DNA of 64,000 bases from a virus (Duplodnaviria > Caudoviricetes). The position numbers and the translations under genes were made by a program. The stretch spans positions 7,460 through 71,459 of IMG/VR virus record IMGVR_UViG_3300036793_000065, one strand, 5' to 3'. Below, one piece after another: positions 58,359 to 64,000 of the stretch (position 1 is the first letter of the stretch; every line of letters starts with the position of its first letter). Below the pieces are notes generated by a model. That model had not been told where the DNA came from, searched no databases, and was given only the letters and a program-made list of their open reading frames with translations.

Positions 58359-58969
58359 GGGAGCGCCCGCCATTCTTCCAGCGCCATATCGCGGGCCCTC
58401 ACGAGGCGATCCATATCGCCGCCGTTCATGTTTTCCCGGGCCTTGGTTTTAAACGCGTCGACGATGATGTCGCGGGTGATGGTGGCGGCTCCGGAGAGGC
58501 CAAGGATTGACCAGCAGCTCTCCGCTGGCGGTAGCGCAAGGAAGCCGTCGAAGGCTCGCTCCATCATCGTGCCGCCTCCGTGGCGCTCCATCTGGCGCAG
58601 ACCTTCGATCGCCATGGTGAGCGAGCGCATGTTGCCGATGATCGACCAGAACCGATCTTGGGCCATCACCATAGGCTTGCCGTTGCGCATGAAGTAGACG
58701 GCAACGCCGGTGTCTGGGATGTTGCGCTGTTGGGCATAGGGCTCGCCATCTTGCCGCAGCGGCATGTTGGTCGACACGGTAATCTGCGTACCACCGATTC
58801 GGCGCACCTCCTCGACGAGGCCGCGATAGACGCGATTCCACATGAATGTCGGACCATGGAAGCGGCGGTCGCTGTCCTGGGCGCCCTTGTGACGTGGCCA
58901 TCCTGGGGGCCATGCCAACGGGAATGCCTCGGCGCCTCCGACCTTGTCGCGGCTGTAGTCACCAGTCAT
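58355..58969 (-). CDS. phage J-domain-like protein lacking HPD
   Basis: AFPLAWPPGWPR..VSTNMPLRQDG..GVAVYF..AFDGFLALP..WSILG..GGDMDRLVRARD. Confidence 0.75.
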   Translation of the reverse strand: MTGDYSRDKVGGAEAFPLAWPPGWPRHKGAQDSDRRFHGPTFMWNRVYRGLVEEVRRIGGTQITVSTNMPLRQDGEPYAQQRNIPDTGVAVYFMRNGKPMVMAQDRFWSIIGNMRSLTMAIEGLRQMERHGGGTMMERAFDGFLALPPAESCWSILGLSGAATITRDIIVDAFKTKARENMNGGDMDRLVRARDMALEEWRALP

Positions 58970-58973
58970 TGCG

Positions 58974-59579
58974 TCATTTCCTGTCGTAAGGATCGGTGTA
59001 GGTGGGAAATTCTCCGAGATCGCGCAGATGGCGCAGGATCGCGAGCGCCTTGTGCGCGTCGGGCAGCGCGCTGTGGATGTCGCCGGGCACCTCGATCTTG
59101 AAGTGCTTCACCGCCTCCTCCAGCTTCGGCGCCTTCTTCTTGCCGTCGATAGTCCTGGCGTCCACGATCTTGCGGCAGCCCTGCATGGCGCAGATGTGGC
59201 GGGTCTGCATGAACCGATCGGGATAGCCCACATGGCGAAACTCGGCGCGCAGCAGCTTGATGTCGTGTGGCGCGTTGAAGGCACAGACGATGCGGCGGCT
59301 GTCGATCGCATCGCCGTACGCCCGCAGCGCTTCGCGGACGTCGACGCCTTCATCCATCAGCCGCTGCTGCGTCAAGCCGTTGATCTTGGCCGCGTCGCTA
59401 TTGTCGTCGAAGGTCCAACCATCGGGGCGGATCAGAAAACCATGCTCGGCCTCGATCTCCAGCTCGGGCCCGACCAGGATCATGCCGAAGCCGGCCATGC
59501 GAGGTTGCCCCGGTGCGTCGGCAGGTTTTTTGTAGTCGAAGATGCCGCTGCTCTCTGTGTCGATGATCGCGTAGTTCAT
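58974..59579 (-). CDS. DEDDh 3'-5' exonuclease
   Basis: IIDTESSG, AFNAPHD, HSALPDA. Confidence 0.9.
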   Translation of the reverse strand: MNYAIIDTESSGIFDYKKPADAPGQPRMAGFGMILVGPELEIEAEHGFLIRPDGWTFDDNSDAAKINGLTQQRLMDEGVDVREALRAYGDAIDSRRIVCAFNAPHDIKLLRAEFRHVGYPDRFMQTRHICAMQGCRKIVDARTIDGKKKAPKLEEAVKHFKIEVPGDIHSALPDAHKALAILRHLRDLGEFPTYTDPYDRK

Positions 59580-59755
59580 GTCGTGGGCTCCCTTGGCTGC
59601 TCGATCAGCTCGCGCTTGAAGTAGATGCGCAGTCTGCCGTCAGGCAGATCGCGCCACTGGATCGCCTCCCAGCCATCGCGGCCGAGGGCATTGAGCCGTT
59701 CGAGCACCTTGTCGTCGATCTCGAACAGGTAGGACTTGTATTCCCAGCGGGTCAC
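59576..59755 (-). CDS. DUF4177-like protein
   Basis: RWEYK...LNALGRDGWEA. Confidence 0.7.
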   Translation of the reverse strand: MTRWEYKSYLFEIDDKVLERLNALGRDGWEAIQWRDLPDGRLRIYFKRELIEQPREPTT

Positions 59756-59970
59756 GGTTGGATTTCCTCGATCTTCACGCGAACGCACTCCGCGAACCCT
59801 TCCTTGTGGAGATGCTCCCATGCGCGCTCGATCTGGTCGTCGCGAGCGCTGTTAGTGATCAGCATATTTCGATCGACCACGAGCCAATTGACCTTTGCTG
59901 CTCGCTCTGTCGGCGAGACGGTGCGCACATCGATTTCGCCGTGCTGCTTGATGGCGTAACCCTCTGTCAT
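59752..59970 (-). CDS. hypothetical protein
   Basis: ATGA overlap. Confidence 0.6.
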   Translation of the reverse strand: MTEGYAIKQHGEIDVRTVSPTERAAKVNWLVVDRNMLITNSARDDQIERAWEHLHKEGFAECVRVKIEEIQP

Positions 59971-60479
59971 GCCTCGCTCCCGGCCCTCTCCAGACGGCTG
60001 CGTTTGACGCGGATCAGCTCAGCCAGAGTGTCCAGCACATCGGTCTTGCTGCGCTGAAATTCGTCCTTGTTCATGGCCTTCACGGACTGCGATCGCGCGA
60101 TGAATCGCTTCACCACGTTCTCCTTGACCACAATCACCACACCCTCGGTGAAGCCCATGAAGGCGGCCACGGTGTGGGCCTGCTCCGGAGTGTCGCAAAC
60201 GATCGACGACTCGGTGCAATAGCCGTTGCGGATCAGGGCCCACTTCCGCAGCGCCTCTGGATTTGGGAATCGCCCATCGGTGTCGGGCAGATTATTCCAG
60301 GCCTCAGCTATGCAGGCGAAGTAGTGGTTGTGGCTGCGGATCGAGCGCTCTTCGTGGCGTTCGAACGATACGACCTCGCCCTCGCCGAACTCGGCATCGC
60401 AGAACTCAGCGAGCCGACCTTCGGGCACGAAGGTGCCATCACGCCAGATGAAACGGTAGAGGCGGGGTGGCTGGTTCAT
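59967..60479 (-). CDS. NinB-like recombination accessory protein
   Basis: ERSIRSHNHYFA..QSVKAMNKDEF pattern within the recombination module. Confidence 0.55.
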   Translation of the reverse strand: MNQPPRLYRFIWRDGTFVPEGRLAEFCDAEFGEGEVVSFERHEERSIRSHNHYFACIAEAWNNLPDTDGRFPNPEALRKWALIRNGYCTESSIVCDTPEQAHTVAAFMGFTEGVVIVVKENVVKRFIARSQSVKAMNKDEFQRSKTDVLDTLAELIRVKRSRLERAGSEA

Positions 60480-60712
60480 CCGCGGAACTCCTCAAGTCCG
60501 GCAGCCGTCAGCGTCACGGCGCGGTACATGATGTCCCGCCCCTTGGCGATGAAGGTGTTGTTGATGCCGGTGTCCTCGCCGCCAACCTGGGCGAGGCCCT
60601 TCGCGATCAGGCTGTCGAGCGTCTCGCCATGGCATTCGCCATACTGGCCGCCTTCTTCGCCGAGCCAATTCAGGAGATCGCGCTCCTGCTTCCCCAGAAC
60701 CAAATCGCTCAT
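60476..60712 (-). CDS. hypothetical protein (wHTH-like)
   Basis: GAGG SD; LIAKGLA..VTLTAAG. Confidence 0.55.
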   Translation of the reverse strand: MSDLVLGKQERDLLNWLGEEGGQYGECHGETLDSLIAKGLAQVGGEDTGINNTFIAKGRDIMYRAVTLTAAGLEEFRG

Positions 60713-61323
60713 GACATTGCCTCGATCTTCTTCACCATGGCGCGCAGCTCGACGTTGAACTGATGGACGGCGCCGCCGATCTCTCGGATGTAGTCCTCGG
60801 CCCGCTTCAGCCGTACCTTGAACAGAGGCAGAGCCGGCGAGGACCCGATGACGAGATCGGTCCACTGCCGCTCAGCCACCCACATCTCGCCGAAGCACTG
60901 TGGCAGATGATGCTTCGGAACCTCGTTGGCTAACAGGATTTCGATCATGACGTGTGGCGCTGCCGACTTGATCTGCACCATACCATCCTTGCCCACGAGA
61001 CCATCCGGCGAGCACCCACGGTCACCGTTGCGGATGAAGCCGACCGGCGTCACCTCCTGGTCGGTCTCGAACATGTAACGCGCCAAGATTTCCGGTTCCT
61101 GCATGATGCCGCGATCCATGTCGTCGTTTGTGTACGACTCCATCGGAATCTTGGTGATGATCTCTCCGGCCAGCTTGCGCATATAGCTGTTGCGCGTCTT
61201 GCTTTCGCCGCCGCCCTTGCCCGAGGCCATGACGGTGCCGAACATCGAGGCTGTCGGGATTCCTCGACGAACCTCGTACCACTCCTCGCTCCGCTGCGGC
61301 ATATCGAACATTTCAAAGGGCAT
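60709..61323 (-). CDS. YqaJ/lambda-exonuclease family recombinase
   Basis: QRSEEWYEVRRGIPTAS, GCSPDGLV, VQIKS, QCFGEMWV. Confidence 0.9.
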   Translation of the reverse strand: MPFEMFDMPQRSEEWYEVRRGIPTASMFGTVMASGKGGGESKTRNSYMRKLAGEIITKIPMESYTNDDMDRGIMQEPEILARYMFETDQEVTPVGFIRNGDRGCSPDGLVGKDGMVQIKSAAPHVMIEILLANEVPKHHLPQCFGEMWVAERQWTDLVIGSSPALPLFKVRLKRAEDYIREIGGAVHQFNVELRAMVKKIEAMS

Positions 61324-61747
61324 GACAGTCCTCGCGTTTTGGATAGCCGGTGCCGCGTCTGGGATCGAATGATCCGTTCACCCACCGGTGTATTGTTTGA
61401 TCGGAGACGCCGAAATGGTCGGCGGCTGCTTGGGCGCTCTCAAAGACGATGCCCTTGATGTTCCATCGCCTCGACGTCGTTCTGTTTCGAGCCTGCTGCC
61501 GCGGTGTGGCCCAGCGCACGTTGCCGGGCTCGTAACCCTTGGTGTTGTCGATTCTGTCGATCGTGGTCCCAGGTGGCCTTGGTCCGATGTGGCTGAAAAA
61601 CACCTCGAATGATTGCCGCCATTCAGGGCAAACCGCTATGCCTTTCGCGCCGTATTTGGGGTAGTCTTTCGCGCGCGGATTACAGCACCTGTTCAACATG
61701 GCGTTCCATGTTGAATATTCGCGGCTGTTTCTCATGCCGTGCTTCAT
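61313..61747 (-). CDS. HNH homing endonuclease
   Basis: YSTWNAMLNRC..YGAKGIAVC..TTIDRIDNTKGYEPGNVRWAT..QARN; C-terminal HTH. Confidence 0.9.
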   Translation of the reverse strand: MKHGMRNSREYSTWNAMLNRCCNPRAKDYPKYGAKGIAVCPEWRQSFEVFFSHIGPRPPGTTIDRIDNTKGYEPGNVRWATPRQQARNRTTSRRWNIKGIVFESAQAAADHFGVSDQTIHRWVNGSFDPRRGTGYPKREDCHAL

Positions 61748-62643
61748 CAGCGGTCTCCAGGAAAGGTATCGGCCTTGCGCTTCTGAGCCAGCTTGCGCTC
61801 CAGCTGCTTCTTGGCCTCGGCGAACTTGCTCTGGCGGATGTCGGCGAAGCTGTCGACGGACATGACGATGCAGAATTTCTCTTTGTCGGCACCGGCATCG
61901 TCGGCCAGCTTGATCAGCTCCTTCAGCTGTGCGGCGGTGATCGGGTCGTCCTTCGGGAAGCCATCATTGTCGACGTCGGCCGGCGCCTTGGTGACGATCT
62001 GCAGCAGTGCGATCATGTTGTAACGCATGCCGTACTGCATCGATGAGCCGGCACCTTGTTGGTTATTCTTGCCGCCGGTGGTGTCGAGCGTCATCGGGAA
62101 GCGCGAAGTCTTCGCCTTACCCTCGACGTGCTCCAAGGTGCTGACGACTTCGATCTTCCCGTCTAGGCCGGGTTCGACGAGGCTCCCCAAGGTGAAGCCA
62201 TGTCGCTTCATGATCGGCTTGCAGACATCATTGAGCGCCGGGAAGGTGGAAAACCGGGTCTTTAGCTTCTGATTGCCGCGCGCGGTGGTGCCTTCGCCAT
62301 GGTCGATCTTGCCGTCCTTGTCGATCGCCGGCAACTCGCCCTGCATCGCGTTGAAGGCGCGCGTCCAGGCCTTCTGGGCGTCGCGCTCCTCGATCCGCTC
62401 CTGCATATCGAGCAGGGCCTGCATCTTTCCGGTGTCGCAGCGTGGGTCCGTCGCGGCCGTCATTATGACTGCCAAGAAGTTGGCCGGGGCTGGCGGGCGC
62501 GGCTGATGGACTACGATTTGTTTGGCCGTTTGCGGCTTGGGAGCGATCGCCCTTTTGGCCACGGGCTTTTTCTTGCCGGGATTTTTTGCTTTGGCCGGCG
62601 CCGGGTCTTTCCTTCCAGCCGGTTGAACTTGCTCTTGAGCCAT
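61747..62643 (-). CDS. erf: ERF family ssDNA-annealing protein
   Basis: MQGELPAIDKDG..QQGAGSSMQYGMRYNMIALL..DVDNDG; next to the exonuclease. Confidence 0.85.
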   Translation of the reverse strand: MAQEQVQPAGRKDPAPAKAKNPGKKKPVAKRAIAPKPQTAKQIVVHQPRPPAPANFLAVIMTAATDPRCDTGKMQALLDMQERIEERDAQKAWTRAFNAMQGELPAIDKDGKIDHGEGTTARGNQKLKTRFSTFPALNDVCKPIMKRHGFTLGSLVEPGLDGKIEVVSTLEHVEGKAKTSRFPMTLDTTGGKNNQQGAGSSMQYGMRYNMIALLQIVTKAPADVDNDGFPKDDPITAAQLKELIKLADDAGADKEKFCIVMSVDSFADIRQSKFAEAKKQLERKLAQKRKADTFPGDR

Positions 62644-63035
62644 ATATCGGACCCCTTCGTGGTGACGGTGTGGGTGGCATCGGCCTTGCGGCCGGTGGTC
62701 TTCTGCTGATGCTCCCGAATAGGCCTGTAAAACAGGTAGTCCGGGTCATTGGCGTTCGGTTCAAACCATGCCGCCTGCGGCTTGCGCCGATCGGGCTTGA
62801 ATGGCCGCAGGATTAGCGCGGGGTCGTGATCTAGCTCCAGCGCGTCGCCCAGCACGCCACCAAGCGCATTGAGCAATTCGTCGAGGCGCTTCTTGCCGGA
62901 TAGTGCCAACGCCGCGCTCTGGTAGACCGGCCACCAGACCGACTGCAGCATACCGGCCGCGCAGGCGGCCTGCACCTGTCGCTCAGCGACCTCCAGGCGT
63001 GCGGAGATCGGAATGTAGGGGCGCGGCCGACGCAT
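62511..63035 (-). CDS. HNH-like protein with basic C-terminal tail
   Basis: MRRPRPYIP..LELDHDPAL..EHQQKT..SDI; overlaps the ERF start by 133 nt. Confidence 0.55.
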   Translation of the reverse strand: MRRPRPYIPISARLEVAERQVQAACAAGMLQSVWWPVYQSAALALSGKKRLDELLNALGGVLGDALELDHDPALILRPFKPDRRKPQAAWFEPNANDPDYLFYRPIREHQQKTTGRKADATHTVTTKGSDIWLKSKFNRLEGKTRRRPKQKIPARKSPWPKGRSLPSRKRPNKS

Positions 63036-63238
63036 TAGATCACCAACGTGGTGTGAGGCGAGTTGATGATGGCGTTCTTCTGGTCTCCGGTGACGCGCAG
63101 CATTACCCAAATGCCACCTTTCTCCGGATCGGCTGGCACAAACTGGATAATGTTGTCGCCCAGGTAATGATCGCTGACGAATCTGGTGGCCTCGTCCAAC
63201 CGGGCCATCCAGACGCCGATGCAATAGGGCGATCTCAC
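63035..63238 (-). CDS. hypothetical protein
   Basis: GGAG SD; coupled to neighbours. Confidence 0.55.
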   Translation of the reverse strand: MRSPYCIGVWMARLDEATRFVSDHYLGDNIIQFVPADPEKGGIWVMLRVTGDQKNAIINSPHTTLVI

Positions 63239-63480
63239 GGCTTGATCTCCAGCACCTCAAGATAGGCCCGCGTCAGGTGATCATACTGGCCGGCCCGACC
63301 CGAGAATTTCTTCCCGCCGTCGCCGTCCTTTTCGATCATGCGATCGGCTTCGGCAGCCTTCCATTTCTGGTCGCTGCCGCCGGCAGATCGGGCCAGCTCC
63401 AGGCGATACACCCGCTCCGAGATGGAGCGGATGTATTCCGGGGTGTGGACTGGCTTTTTCTCCTTTTTTGCCGTCATCAC
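63235..63480 (-). CDS. hypothetical protein
   Basis: GGGAG SD; basic N-terminus. Confidence 0.65.
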   Translation of the reverse strand: MMTAKKEKKPVHTPEYIRSISERVYRLELARSAGGSDQKWKAAEADRMIEKDGDGGKKFSGRAGQYDHLTRAYLEVLEIKP

Positions 63481-63824
63481 GTTCTCCCGTAGACGCCCTC
63501 AGCGATCTTCCTTGCGACGCCGTTGCGCACCAACTCATTGATCGCAACGCGCGCGCTGGTCTTGGCAAAACCATTGGCGGAAAACACTTTCTCCAGGTGT
63601 TCTATGGATGGGTGTCGACCGTCCAACTCCTTCAAGATCAGACTCTGCGCCGTGACACCTTTCGGGCGCTGGACCTCCTGCTTCTGGTGGACCCTTTTCC
63701 GCGGTGGCGGATTGGCGTCCACTACCTGGGTCATACTAATCAGGTCCGCGCTGTCCTTGACGACGTCGAGGACAGTGGTGAGGTTGTCGGCGTCCACCCG
63801 TAGGCGAACTTCGTAAACGCGCAT
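63477..63824 (-). CDS. DNA-binding protein (C-terminal wHTH-like)
   Basis: AAGGAG SD; SARVAINELVRNGVARKIAEGVY. Confidence 0.7.
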   Translation of the reverse strand: MRVYEVRLRVDADNLTTVLDVVKDSADLISMTQVVDANPPPRKRVHQKQEVQRPKGVTAQSLILKELDGRHPSIEHLEKVFSANGFAKTSARVAINELVRNGVARKIAEGVYGRT

Positions 63825-63838
63825 TGTAGCTCCTTGGG

Positions 63839-64000
63839 TTAACGGGTGACGCCGCGATTCCTAAAGCCGATCGCTGCGCCCGGCATCTGGGTGCGGTGAC
63901 CGGTGGTCTTCGCCCATCCCCGCAGAGCCTTCTCGATCTCGGCATCGGTGAAGAATGGGCGCAACATCTCCATGTCGACCTTGGAGCGGTCGATCAGCTC
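63839..64000 (-). CDS. partial CDS (3' end only)
   Basis: open frame ..FFTDAEIEKALRGWAKTTGHRTQMPGAAIGFRNRGVTR* entering from the window edge. Confidence 0.6.
   Translation of the reverse strand, partial: ELIDRSKVDMEMLRPFFTDAEIEKALRGWAKTTGHRTQMPGAAIGFRNRGVTR

Noticed and set aside
1-64000. CtrA boxes (TTAA-N7-TTAA), CRISPR arrays, integrase/att sites, reverse transcriptase or DGR repeats
   Set aside because: None found on reading. TTAA words occur singly, and no repeat-spacer pattern or long TR/VR pair was seen. A computational scan could still find weak instances.

Overview
The whole window looks like tailed-phage (or prophage-interior) DNA from a GC-rich alphaproteobacterial host. No host housekeeping genes, integrase, CRISPR array or IS element are visible, and the genome continues past both ends. 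The + strand carries small accessory genes (0.1-8 kb), terminase small and large subunits, a P22-like portal, a GroES co-chaperonin, scaffold, major capsid protein, a fibre/appendage block, podovirus-type adaptor/nozzle genes, three large ejection/polyvalent proteins and a lysis cassette. A sigma70-type promoter then drives a ~4.2 kb RNA operon (52.7-56.95 kb) with 36 tRNA genes covering all 20 amino acids plus several non-tRNA structured RNAs, ending at a bidirectional terminator. The - strand (57-64 kb) carries convergent recombination/early genes: ERF, YqaJ-type exonuclease, HNH, DEDDh exonuclease and a J-domain-like protein. Most unusual: (1) six fibre-like proteins carry Sec/Tat signal peptides, five with Gln at +1; (2) about 13 [R/Y/F]-A-x-G-G motifs fall at domain boundaries of five virion-module proteins, suggesting a polyprotein-processing system; (3) the RNA operon holds a ~310 nt structured leader, a Y-RNA-like element, a D-armless tRNA-Arg, short-arm tRNA-Leu and covarying non-canonical T-loops; (4) one ejection gene appears to start at ATC. 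All protein family calls come from motif recognition by eye; no database searches or folding programs were run.
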